Assembly (NCBI GenBank): GCA_043725085.1
Contig: JAYSLY010000014.1
Coordinates: 2,748 to 66,747, forward strand
Source of the DNA: a bacterium
GTDB lineage: Bacteria > Patescibacteriota > Minisyncoccia > Moranbacterales > UBA2206
DNA: 64,000 nucleotides
Direction: 5' to 3'
This document shows positions 48,240 to 56,245 of this stretch, piece by piece. The first letter of the stretch is position 1, and the number at the start of each line of letters is the position of its first letter. The notes under the pieces were generated by a model that was given only the letters and a program-made list of their open reading frames with translations, searched no databases and was not told the DNA's origin. Position numbers and translations under genes: made by a program.

Positions 48240-49010
48240 TTATTTTGCCACAGTCAATTCGCAGATACTCTTCGTGCTTATACAATCATAGACCACATCG
48301 GAAGACTCATCCGTTCGCAGAATTTTAATTTTATCATCTTGCAAGCGATTCAAAACTTCCGTAGTCGGATGGCCATAGCGATTGCCCTTTCCCACAGAAA
48401 CGATCGCTTCTTCCGGTTTCACCGCATCCAAAAATTGGGTGCTCGTGGCTGATTTTGATCCGTGATGAGAAACTTTCAAAACTTTTGTTGGCGAAAACAA
48501 ATTTTCTTTGAGCATTTCGCTTTCTGTTTCCAAGGGCAAATCACCGGTCAAAAGAAAACTATTTTCGCCATAGGTCAGTCGCGCCACAATGCTCGCCGAA
48601 TTGGTGTCTTTCGAGTCTTTGGTATTTTTTTCCTCCGGACCAAGCACTTCCAACTGCGCTTCATCTGAAAGTTTTATTTTCATTCCCCTTCTTGCCAATT
48701 GTTTTTCCACTTTTTTATCGGAAATTATTTTTTCCAATGCGCCAAAAACTTGCGACTCGCTTTTCGCTCCGCTTTCAATCACCTCGTCAACAGCATAGTT
48801 TTTCAAAACATCGACGAGGCCCGTAATGTGATCCGCGTCCGGATGTGTCGCAATCACAATATCAATCTTGCGATCCCAAAACGGCACATATTCTCCAAGT
48901 TTTTCCATCAATTTTTGTCCGCTTGGTCCGCCGTCAATGAGAATTTGTTTTTCACCCGCCGAAATCAAAATCGCGTCCCCCTGCCCCACATCCAAAAACG
49001 CCACAGACAA
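48240..49010 (-). CDS. comEC: ComEC C-terminal metallo-beta-lactamase domain (3' fragment of a frameshifted comEC)
   Basis: It has the MBL motif HPDADHITG and the ComEC-type start FLDVGQGDAILI. Its frame stays open upstream to 49124, encoding a TM helix (KLIYFSLSGLLLVGLTFFALISHA) with no canonical start codon. Confidence 0.7.
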   Translation of the reverse strand: MSVAFLDVGQGDAILISAGEKQILIDGGPSGQKLMEKLGEYVPFWDRKIDIVIATHPDADHITGLVDVLKNYAVDEVIESGAKSESQVFGALEKIISDKKVEKQLARRGMKIKLSDEAQLEVLGPEEKNTKDSKDTNSASIVARLTYGENSFLLTGDLPLETESEMLKENLFSPTKVLKVSHHGSKSATSTQFLDAVKPEEAIVSVGKGNRYGHPTTEVLNRLQDDKIKILRTDESSDVVYDCISTKSICELTVAK

Positions 49011-49102
49011 TTTTTGATTTTGCGCATGCGAAATCAGGGCAAAAAATGTCAGCCCGACCAGAAGTAATCCGGATAAAGAAAAATAGATTAGTTTACGGTT
49101 GT

Positions 49103-50680
49103 TTATATGTTTGTTTTTATTTTTTTATTTTTCACAAAATACACCACACATATTATGATAGCATACCAAACCACCATGCCTTGCCACGAAAGGCCGACCT
49201 CCAGCGCGGCATATTTCAAACTTGCTGCGTAGTTGATGACATCTACCTCATAGCGTAAAGGCAAATAGGTTAGCCAGGAAAAAACAATGGCGAGCGGCCA
49301 AAAAAGAAAACTGATTGCTACCGCCAAAAATCCCAAAAGCATTGTGAGCGGTAAAATTGGCAAAACCAAAACATTCGTCAGCGGAGAGATGAGTGAAAGT
49401 TTTTGAAAATTAAAAAGAATAATCGGCAACACAAAAACTTGCGCGCTCAGTGACATAAACAGAATTTCCGCAATGAAAGAAAAAACGGCCGGATATTTTT
49501 TCAACTTTTCACCAAAATATTTTTCGAACAGCGGATAGAAATAGACAATGCCGATTGTCGCCAGAAATGACAGCTGAAATCCGACGTCATAGCGAAGAAG
49601 GAGCGGATTCCAAAAAAGCATCACGGCGGCGGCAAAAATAATTGCATTTTGGGCATTAGCCAGCCTTCCATTTTTCATTGCATAAAGGAGCAGCGTGCCC
49701 ATCACACCGGCGCGAATGGCTGAAGCGGGAAAACCGGTCATTAAAATAAAAATCCAAATGCCCAAAAGCGCAAACCAAAACGCTTGCCGACGCCAGAGAC
49801 CCAAAAACAATCCCAAGAGCATCAAATATTCCGCCACAATCGTGATGTTATACCCTGACACTGCCACAATATGCGTCATGCCGGTACGTGAAAAATTATC
49901 TTGAATACTTTTAGAAAGCTTATCATCCCCGCCAATAATCAAGCCTTCCAAAAGTCCCGCTTCCGGCGCGGGAATGAGCAATGAAATCTTGGCGCTGAAT
50001 TTGTTTTTCAAACTAATCACTGCGCCATAAAAAATATTTCCCAAATTTTTTCGTCCGCCAGCCGGCGGATTTTCAATTTGCGGTTTTTGGCAAAGATAGA
50101 AAATATCATCTCGCGCCAAATAGGCCACGTAGTCAAAATCCGAGTCTTCTCTGTTTTTTGGTTTGGTTAAGTTGCAAGTCAACTTCAACTCCTCGCCATA
50201 GGCATAACTTTCATAGATACTTTCTTGAATGAGCACGTTGTAGTTTTCACCTTCGGGAGCAAAGATGATTTCTTGCACTTTTTCCTTGATTTTCGGTTCG
50301 CGTGCAATCATCCCTTGTCCGGAAAAATCAATTTCCTCTGGCGCGCTCTCGAATGAATTTATTTTATCGATTTTTTTCTGAGTCAGATGAAAGCCAAAAA
50401 CAAACATAATGAGCGCGCCGCAAATCAGCATCACCATTTTATTTTTATAGAAAACAAAAAGAGCGCTAAGCGTAAAAAGCAAAAGTATATATGAAAATGC
50501 CGTGCCAAAAATAGCGGGATAGAAAAATGAAGCGCAAAAAACTCCAAAAATAAAACTCAAAGAAAACAGCAAAAATATTTTCGCTTTGGTCATTTTTGAC
50601 ATGAGTTTATTATAGCAGAAATTATCCAGACCCCTAAAAACAGCTATACTTGACTTTGCATACCAATGCATCTTATCCAA
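49103..50680 (-). CDS. comEC: ComEC N-terminal OB (DUF4131) + competence membrane domain (5' fragment of a frameshifted comEC)
   Basis: It contains the competence-domain motif (TGMTHIVAVSGYNITIV). It ends ...FVKNKKIKTNI* inside the A-rich run AAAAATAAAAAAATAAAAAC, and a +1-nt change there joins it to the downstream MBL frame. Confidence 0.7.
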   Translation of the reverse strand: MDKMHWYAKSSIAVFRGLDNFCYNKLMSKMTKAKIFLLFSLSFIFGVFCASFFYPAIFGTAFSYILLLFTLSALFVFYKNKMVMLICGALIMFVFGFHLTQKKIDKINSFESAPEEIDFSGQGMIAREPKIKEKVQEIIFAPEGENYNVLIQESIYESYAYGEELKLTCNLTKPKNREDSDFDYVAYLARDDIFYLCQKPQIENPPAGGRKNLGNIFYGAVISLKNKFSAKISLLIPAPEAGLLEGLIIGGDDKLSKSIQDNFSRTGMTHIVAVSGYNITIVAEYLMLLGLFLGLWRRQAFWFALLGIWIFILMTGFPASAIRAGVMGTLLLYAMKNGRLANAQNAIIFAAAVMLFWNPLLLRYDVGFQLSFLATIGIVYFYPLFEKYFGEKLKKYPAVFSFIAEILFMSLSAQVFVLPIILFNFQKLSLISPLTNVLVLPILPLTMLLGFLAVAISFLFWPLAIVFSWLTYLPLRYEVDVINYAASLKYAALEVGLSWQGMVVWYAIIICVVYFVKNKKIKTNI

Positions 50681-51671
50681 AATGATCCGTCTCCTTCAAC
50701 TTCTGCTGCAACTTCTTCCCATTTCCATGTCGCAACATTCCCAAATACGAAGTCAACCTTCCTGGATCGTAATTTCTTCGCATCTTTTTTATCATTCTTC
50801 TTTTGGTACTTGTCCTCAACACCCTGTGATCAGAAAAATTTACCCAACCCAGAAAATCCACACCAGAAGAAAAAGTTTTGATAAAAACTTTACTAGGATG
50901 CAGTTTTAATTTCAGTTTAGTTTCCAAAAAATCGGATATTTCAGGAATTAAACTCTCCAAATGGTTTTTATCTTCTGACAAAATCACAAAATCATCCGCG
51001 TAACGGATATAGTATTTGACTTTCAATTTATGTTTCATAAACTGATCGAATTTGTTCATGTAAATATTGACGAATAATTGCGAAGTTAAATTGCCCAGTG
51101 GCAATCCGACATTCGTCTTTCCTGGAGTTGCAAAACTTTCAATCACATTTTTCAAAAGCCAGATGATGTTTTCGTCCGGAACATGTTCGGCTAAAATGTT
51201 TTTGAGTATTTGATGATCAATATTGGCAAAGAATTTTCTGATGTCGCATTCCAGAATCCAGCAAGTTTTCGTATTATTTTGACTGACTTTCTGAAAATAT
51301 TTTCTAAACTTGTTAATTGCTTTATGTGTGCCTTTATTATTCCGGCAGGAATATGAATCAGCGATAAAAGTCTTGTCGAAAAAGGGATAGAGTTTTCGAT
51401 AGATGGCATGATGAAGGAGTCTGTCTTTAATGCAAGCTTTGTGGATGTCTCTCGGTTTGGGATCGTTGATTTTGAAAGCTTGATAGCTGCCGTGTTTGTA
51501 GGTATGATGAAGAAGCTCGTGGTGCAGTGAAAAGATGTTGTCCATGAGACAAAGAGAAAATTCCTGGACATCATATTTCTTCCTTTTGCCGTTTTGGAAT
51601 TCTTTCCAGGCCAAAAGTAAGTTTTCCAGGCTAATAATATCTTCAAAACTATGAGTCAGTTGAATTTTCAT
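50673..51671 (-). CDS. diversity-generating retroelement (DGR) reverse transcriptase
   Basis: The 332-aa ORF has RT motifs 1-7, with YIRYADDFVIL in motif 5. Motif 4 reads GLPLGNLTSQLFVNIYMN, the DGR-diagnostic (I/L)GNLTSQ form. There is no maturase or endonuclease domain. Confidence 0.85.
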   Translation of the reverse strand: MKIQLTHSFEDIISLENLLLAWKEFQNGKRKKYDVQEFSLCLMDNIFSLHHELLHHTYKHGSYQAFKINDPKPRDIHKACIKDRLLHHAIYRKLYPFFDKTFIADSYSCRNNKGTHKAINKFRKYFQKVSQNNTKTCWILECDIRKFFANIDHQILKNILAEHVPDENIIWLLKNVIESFATPGKTNVGLPLGNLTSQLFVNIYMNKFDQFMKHKLKVKYYIRYADDFVILSEDKNHLESLIPEISDFLETKLKLKLHPSKVFIKTFSSGVDFLGWVNFSDHRVLRTSTKRRMIKKMRRNYDPGRLTSYLGMLRHGNGKKLQQKLKETDHFG

Positions 51672-51744
51672 AGCAAAAATTTTAATCCGTTAACGCCCCC
51701 CCCCAAGACTTCCGCAGGTTTTTGAAAAAGTAAAATCGCTCTAT

Positions 51745-52080
51745 TTGGCTTGGTATGAATATTATCAGATTTTACCAACCACCCATCGATATACTCTGGG
51801 ACAAAAAATCGATAAATACTTTACGGAAATTATTGAATCGATTGCCATTGCTGCTTTTCTGAAACCGGAAGAAAAAATACCGTATGTCCGGTTGGCTATT
51901 CGCAAATCCGATGTTTTGAAAATTTTTCTGAATATTCTTTGGGAAACAAAATCTTTGGATGACAAGAAATATATTTTGCTTTCGGATAAATTAAATTCTG
52001 TCGGTCGCGATCTTGGTGGCTGGAGTGGAAGCCTTACAAAGAAAAACTCTCCCGATTCAAAACAGGGAGAGCGAAAATGA
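51745..52080 (+). CDS. avd: Avd-like accessory variability determinant (four-helix-bundle protein), TTG start
   Basis: The 111-aa ORF is basic and helical, and its C-terminus (VGRDLGGWSGSLTKKN) resembles Bordetella phage Avd (VGRILGSWIARVNRKG). It lies between the RT and TR but on the opposite strand. Confidence 0.55.
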   Translation: MAWYEYYQILPTTHRYTLGQKIDKYFTEIIESIAIAAFLKPEEKIPYVRLAIRKSDVLKIFLNILWETKSLDDKKYILLSDKLNSVGRDLGGWSGSLTKKNSPDSKQGERK

Positions 52081-52089
52081 AAATAGTTT

Positions 52090-52211
52090 CGGGGCGACGA
52101 ACGCAAACCCATCGTCATCGTTCCACCTGTTGTCAGGCCTGTCATACGCAGTGTTCAACCACCGACCATCATCGTTGCGGTTGGCGTTGAGCAGGTTCGG
52201 ATCGCCGTCAG
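52090..52211 (-). repeat. DGR template repeat (TR) including IMH*-like 3' end
   Basis: It aligns to 52577..52699. All 15 mismatches over 101 aligned nt are TR adenines (minus-strand sense) opposite non-A bases in VR. The GC-rich end reads TTTGCGTTCGTCGCCCCG. Confidence 0.85.
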
Positions 52212-52475
52212 TTTTGCGCGATATGCCTTCCTTGCCACTGCCCGTTGAATACTCTCCGGGCTGAATCGAATTCCGCATCTTAAATGCGCTAGCATACCAC
52301 ACCAAGTATCTTCATTTTTTTGAAGTTTCTGCATACGCCACTTTATCCGAAACCGTGATCGCGGATAATCTCGACGTATGGATACTGGATTCGGAAGCGG
52401 GAAACCTACCTACCGGCAGGCAGGCGTGATCGCCCGCATTCTTCCCTACTACCTTTTTTATTTTACCAAATTTAA

Positions 52476-52521
52476 GAGCCTTGTGCGAGAATTCAACACA
52501 AGGCTCCGTTTTTAATTTTTT
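52476..52521. terminator. strong hairpin with T-run between TR and VR (terminator-like, plus-strand sense)
   Basis: A perfect 10-bp stem GAGCCTTGTG...CACAAGGCTC with an 11-nt loop is followed by CGTTTTTAATTTTTT on the plus strand; the minus-strand side is weaker (TTAAATTTGG). Confidence 0.45.
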
Positions 52522-52522
52522 A

Positions 52523-52563
52523 GGACTGAGTTTTTGAGGACTAGTCCTCAGTAGCTGAGTCCT
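52523..52563 (-). promoter_or_regulatory. hairpin/cruciform immediately 3' of VR/IMH (DGR homing-associated structure)
   Basis: A perfect 14-bp palindrome GAGGACTAGTCCTC (52536..52549) overlaps the target stop codon and is nested within AGGACT...AGTCCT arms. Confidence 0.6.
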
Positions 52564-53216
52564 GAGCACTGACTTGCGGGGCGACGAACGCAAAACCCAA
52601 CGTCACCGCACCACCTGTAGTCAGGCCTGTCAAACGCAGAGTCCAACCACCGACCACCATCGCGGCGGTAGGCGCTGAGCAGGCGCGGATCGCCGTCAGA
52701 ATCTTTGATGGGCTCGTGCATTACCACGACCCACCAGAGACCCATCGCTTCGATTTCCTCATCCGCGAATTTCTCCCGGATAAGACAGGCTACTTCGGCA
52801 TTCGGCTTCTCGAGCTTCCGCTCATCGGCTTCGGCGCGAATGTTCTTGGTAATGCGATCGCTATCTTTCCACAGATTGCCCTTGAGGACAATGATGTGGT
52901 AGGACACTCCATTCGTCGGCTTGAAGTCTCCCGACATAAGGACGCTCTTCGCGTAATCACCGACTCTGAAACCCTTCTTCTCGAGTCTTTTGATCCACTC
53001 GAGTCCGGTCGTTCCGTCGGAAGTCATGATACCGAGATCGATCACGCCGTCTTGTTCCTTCCATGAGCGCACGACTTCAGAAACGATCCATTCTTTGGAA
53101 TTGATCCTGCGAACAGCTTCGTTCGCGTCGGCGATTCCCATCTGACTCATGATGGTTTTCACCATCGCATTGAGTTTTCCCGGCATAACTTCCGCAATTG
53201 CAAATCCGTCTGACAT
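52548..53216 (-). CDS. DGR target protein with C-terminal variable region (minimal C-type-lectin-like VR)
   Basis: The 222-aa ORF ends in the VR-encoded tail ...GDPRLLSAYRRDGGRWLDSAFDRPDYRWCGDVGFCVRRP. The TR translation is GDPNLLNANRNDDGRWLNTAYDRPDNRWNDDDGFAFVAP, with AAY(Asn) codons at the variable sites. No signal peptide is evident. Confidence 0.75.
   Translation of the reverse strand: MSDGFAIAEVMPGKLNAMVKTIMSQMGIADANEAVRRINSKEWIVSEVVRSWKEQDGVIDLGIMTSDGTTGLEWIKRLEKKGFRVGDYAKSVLMSGDFKPTNGVSYHIIVLKGNLWKDSDRITKNIRAEADERKLEKPNAEVACLIREKFADEEIEAMGLWWVVVMHEPIKDSDGDPRLLSAYRRDGGRWLDSAFDRPDYRWCGDVGFCVRRPASQCSGLSY
52577..52699 (-). repeat. DGR variable repeat (VR) with IMH at 3' end
   Basis: See the TR entry for the alignment. 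The IMH reads TTTTGCGTTCGTCGCCCCG in minus sense and differs from the TR copy by one T. Confidence 0.85.
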
Positions 53217-53469
53217 AATAACCTCCTTGCGCTAAGTCGCGCAGTTTTATTTTCCTCTTATCCGAGGAAGGAGCCATGTCCACCCATTTGGTCATAGCCA
53301 AGAAATGCCATTCTATGGAATTTTTTGGCTACGACCAATGCAAGTCAATTAAAAAGAGCTTTCCGAAACTGAATAAGTAAGTATACACTAAATCGCTGTT
53401 TTGTCAATGTTTTCACAATTAAATGGCTAGAACAAGCCATTTTTAGAACAATTTAGGTAAATTCTTGCG

Positions 53470-53697
53470 TTATTTTTCATCATCCACATCCACCATCTTC
53501 CTCCTCGCCGTTTTTCCGCCGACAATCGTCACGGCGGATTTTGGCACGCCAAAAAATTTCGCCACAAGCTCAATGAGTGCTTCATTGGCTTTGCCGTCCA
53601 CTGGTGGAGCGTTTAGCCAAGCGCGATATTCCCCTTCGCTGATTTTTTCCAGTCTGTTTTGCGAAGAGCGCGGAATAACTTTAAGATAAATACGCAT
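53470..53697 (-). CDS. DUF167 (YggU/UPF0235) family protein
   Basis: The 75-aa ORF has the motifs VDGKANEALIELVAKFFGV and VTIVGGKTARRK typical of YggU-like proteins. Confidence 0.6.
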   Translation of the reverse strand: MRIYLKVIPRSSQNRLEKISEGEYRAWLNAPPVDGKANEALIELVAKFFGVPKSAVTIVGGKTARRKMVDVDDEK

Positions 53698-53979
53698 CTA
53701 AATTTTCAGATCGGAAAACTCACGCAAAGTTTTTAGCGTCGCCTCCACTGTCACATTTTCCGTGTTGAGCAATTGGACGTTTTTGAACCGCTTAGCCAAT
53801 TTTGTCACCACCTCATCCGCCCAAGATGGCGTCAACACCTTAACGCCAGAAAAGTCAATTTCTATCTCCTCATTTTCGTTAAGATCTTTTAAGTTATAAG
53901 CAGACATCGCCAAAAACGCTTCCCTTCCCGCAGGACGAGAAATTAACACTTCGCCAAATTTTTTTAGTTCAATGCGCAT
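53698..53979 (-). CDS. STAS-like domain protein (DUF4325-like)
   Basis: The start was taken at MRIELKKFGEVLISRPAGREAF. It is a small alpha/beta protein matching the DUF4325/STAS-like pattern, a low-confidence call. Confidence 0.35.
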   Translation of the reverse strand: MRIELKKFGEVLISRPAGREAFLAMSAYNLKDLNENEEIEIDFSGVKVLTPSWADEVVTKLAKRFKNVQLLNTENVTVEATLKTLREFSDLKI

Positions 53980-54263
53980 AATAATGCAAGACTTTATAAT
54001 GTTATAACTGCCAAGCAACCTTGAATGTTTTCCGGATTTTTTTCTATCAGCATTTTTTCATTCAGCTCCGCCTTGCCTGTCCCTGAAATAAAAGTTAGAT
54101 GCATTTTTTTAGCTTTTATATTTTCTCTTACAAATTTTAGTCCATTTCCTCTTGACTCAGGCGCCCTTCCTGAAATTCTTTCAGTAAAAGCGGTTTAGCA
54201 AATCATTTTCCATACCTGCAGTCTAACAAAAATGCGCTCCATCGTCAAAGAAAAACAAATCGC

Positions 54264-55130
54264 CTAATCTGCTTCGATTTTTTTAGCAAAAATAGCATTT
54301 TTTAGTTTCAGCAGAAGCGCCAGCGCAAGCATACCAGCCAAATATAAATTTAACCCGAGAAAAATTTCTCGCGCCAAACCGGTTTTGAGATCCGTGCCTA
54401 GATAGTAAGCGTGAAAAAAAGCCACGGCATAAAGCGCAATATTCAAAAAATGGGTAATACGCCAAACGCGATAAGTTAGATATTTGCGAAAATAGGAAGT
54501 CAAAATGAGCGCCAGCATCAGATACATCCCCAAAACTCCCAACGTAACGAGTTCAGGTTTGTATGTTGAAGCAAGCGGCACAAAAATATCTTTGAGACTA
54601 AAGTTAAGATATTTGTCGGTTAAAAGAACCAACGAATGAATGAAAACAAAAATAAGCGCTTGAACGGAAATCCAACGATGCAGCTCATATGAATAAATCG
54701 GCTCTAGCATCTTTTTGAGCCAAGGAAAACTGATCGCTATTCCAAAAAAGATTGAAAGATAGAGCAGAAAAAATGAAATCAAGCCGCCGGCACGCGAAAG
54801 GTACCACGACCATAATTCTTTTTCTTGCTCAGGATATTGCAAAACCGTAATATTTTTTACCGCGCTTGGGTCATTCGGATCTAGCGGATTGGTTCCCGCT
54901 TTTACCTCCGCGCCGTCCATCATTCCATCACCGTCTGTGTCAGGATTGTTCGGGTTGGTATGATAGATTTGTTTTTCGCCTTCATCAGTGAGACCATCCA
55001 GGTCGCTGTCTAGAATTGGATTATTTCCATAATCAACCGTTTTTGGCGCTTCTGCCGCTAGCGCCACGCCAAAACGCGAACCTAAGAGAATTATTGCGAT
55101 AATAAATGCGATTTTTTTCATTAGTTTCAT
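54264..55130 (-). CDS. ferric-reductase-like transmembrane domain protein with N-terminal thrombospondin-type-3 Ca-binding repeats
   Basis: A signal peptide is followed by DxDxDG repeats (DSDLDGLTDEGE; DTDGDGMMDG; NPLDPNDP). A 6-TM domain then carries conserved His residues (HRWISVQ; FHAYYLG). Confidence 0.5.
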   Translation of the reverse strand: MKLMKKIAFIIAIILLGSRFGVALAAEAPKTVDYGNNPILDSDLDGLTDEGEKQIYHTNPNNPDTDGDGMMDGAEVKAGTNPLDPNDPSAVKNITVLQYPEQEKELWSWYLSRAGGLISFFLLYLSIFFGIAISFPWLKKMLEPIYSYELHRWISVQALIFVFIHSLVLLTDKYLNFSLKDIFVPLASTYKPELVTLGVLGMYLMLALILTSYFRKYLTYRVWRITHFLNIALYAVAFFHAYYLGTDLKTGLAREIFLGLNLYLAGMLALALLLKLKNAIFAKKIEAD

Positions 55131-55275
55131 AGCTTACGCGTTTACCCGAGTCAACCGTATTGGCTAAAAAAATCCTGTTTGAGCATGCCTTTTTTCTTTA
55201 AAATTTTCCATTGGTTGCCGTCGAGGGAGGGGAAATTTTAAAAAAGAAAAAAGAGTGTGCGAGTTATTTTTTTAG

Positions 55276-56241
55276 TCAATGCGGTTGTGAGGTGCAATGC
55301 GTAACTCCTAAGTTTTTTGAAAAATTATTTTTAATCTCTTTTGAAACCCAAGCGTTCCCTCGATAATCCAAAAAAATGCTTTTGAGCTTTCTCTCCTCGG
55401 ACAATTTTTGACCTTTTTCTTTGCCTAAGATAAATAATACTTTGGCCCAAAAATCTGCTTCAATCGCATTTTTTGCAACAACTGTAACGGATTGCAAATC
55501 GAAAGAAAAATTTTCAGGACTTTTTGGATTGATCAAATGATGAAATCTTTTTTCTCCTCGCTCCCATTTGCGTTTGCCAATTCCGGATGTCACAATTGCT
55601 TCATCTTTTAGTATAACGAGGATTTTTTCCTGCGCAATGCCTTCCACATCAACTCGATAGTTTTCTCCATTTTTATCCTTGCCGATTGCCAAAATATCCC
55701 CACCGGAATCAAGCAAAAAATTTTCCCCTCCCGCCTGTTTCAAAATTTCTCCCACCGTGTCAGTGATATACCCTTTGGCAATCCCGGCAAAATCCATCCG
55801 CTCTCTAAACATAATTTTACCACCGCGAACAACCAAATCCTTTTCTAGACTTTGCGTGCTCGTCGCAGGGAAAATTCTTTCGTGATGAGGTATGACCTTA
55901 GTCTCTTTGAAATCCTTGTCATATCCGATCCATTCTAACACTCCGATAATCCGCGGGTCAAACAGGCCTTCGCTCAGTTTGTGGTAATATAGAATTTTTT
56001 CTGTTAGCGCCAAAAAATGCGCTGAAGCCGGAAGAAATTTTCCCAAATTATTATTAAAATAATTCAACTCGCTATTTTCATCAAAGCGGCTAAAAGTTTT
56101 TTCGGCTTGTCGATAAAAATCCACCACTGCTTCCAAGTCCTTTTTGGCTTTTTCTTTTCGACTTTCAGCGCAGACTAATTGCAAATAAACGTCCGTCCCC
56201 AAAGCCTTAAATTCTTTTTCCACCGCTTCCAACTTTTCCAT
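55276..56241 (-). CDS. apbE: FAD:protein FMN transferase (ApbE family)
   Basis: It has the ApbE motifs ALGTDVYLQLV, DFAGIAKGYITD and LDSGGDILAIG. The start was taken at the internal Met (MEKLEAV...), so it does not overlap 56246..56581. Confidence 0.8.
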   Translation of the reverse strand: MEKLEAVEKEFKALGTDVYLQLVCAESRKEKAKKDLEAVVDFYRQAEKTFSRFDENSELNYFNNNLGKFLPASAHFLALTEKILYYHKLSEGLFDPRIIGVLEWIGYDKDFKETKVIPHHERIFPATSTQSLEKDLVVRGGKIMFRERMDFAGIAKGYITDTVGEILKQAGGENFLLDSGGDILAIGKDKNGENYRVDVEGIAQEKILVILKDEAIVTSGIGKRKWERGEKRFHHLINPKSPENFSFDLQSVTVVAKNAIEADFWAKVLFILGKEKGQKLSEERKLKSIFLDYRGNAWVSKEIKNNFSKNLGVTHCTSQPH

Positions 56242-56245
56242 TTGC

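Larger units (their letters stand above)
50673..53216 (-). mobile_element. complete diversity-generating retroelement cassette (target-VR / TR / avd / RT)
   Basis: This is the combination of the RT, Avd, TR, VR, IMH and hairpin features listed separately. Confidence 0.8.

Noticed and set aside
50673-51671. The RT read as a group II intron maturase or a retron RT.
   Set aside because: There is no maturase (X) or En domain, no intron domain V/VI-like structure nearby, and no retron msr/msd inverted repeats. Motif 4 carries the DGR-specific GNLTSQ, and an A-specific TR/VR pair is adjacent.
52057-52305. An 82-aa minus-strand ORF overlaps the TR (MVWYASAFKMRNSIQPGEY...NANRNDDGRWLNTAYDRPDNRWNDDDGFAFVAP).
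   Set aside because: It is simply the TR read in the VR frame (Asn-rich where the VR varies). It has no independent start or RBS context and is an expected DGR artefact, not a gene.
52312-52593. A 93-aa minus-strand ORF spans the VR IMH, the hairpins and the TR-VR spacer.
   Set aside because: Its low-complexity basic sequence runs through the palindromic and terminator structures and overlaps the 3' end of the target gene, so it is most likely a spurious ORF.
53077-53301. A 74-aa minus-strand ORF overlapping the 5' end of the DGR target, considered as an upstream extension or leader of the target.
   Set aside because: It is in a different frame, its Cys/Arg-rich low-complexity sequence is unconvincing, and it overlaps the hairpin-containing intergenic region.
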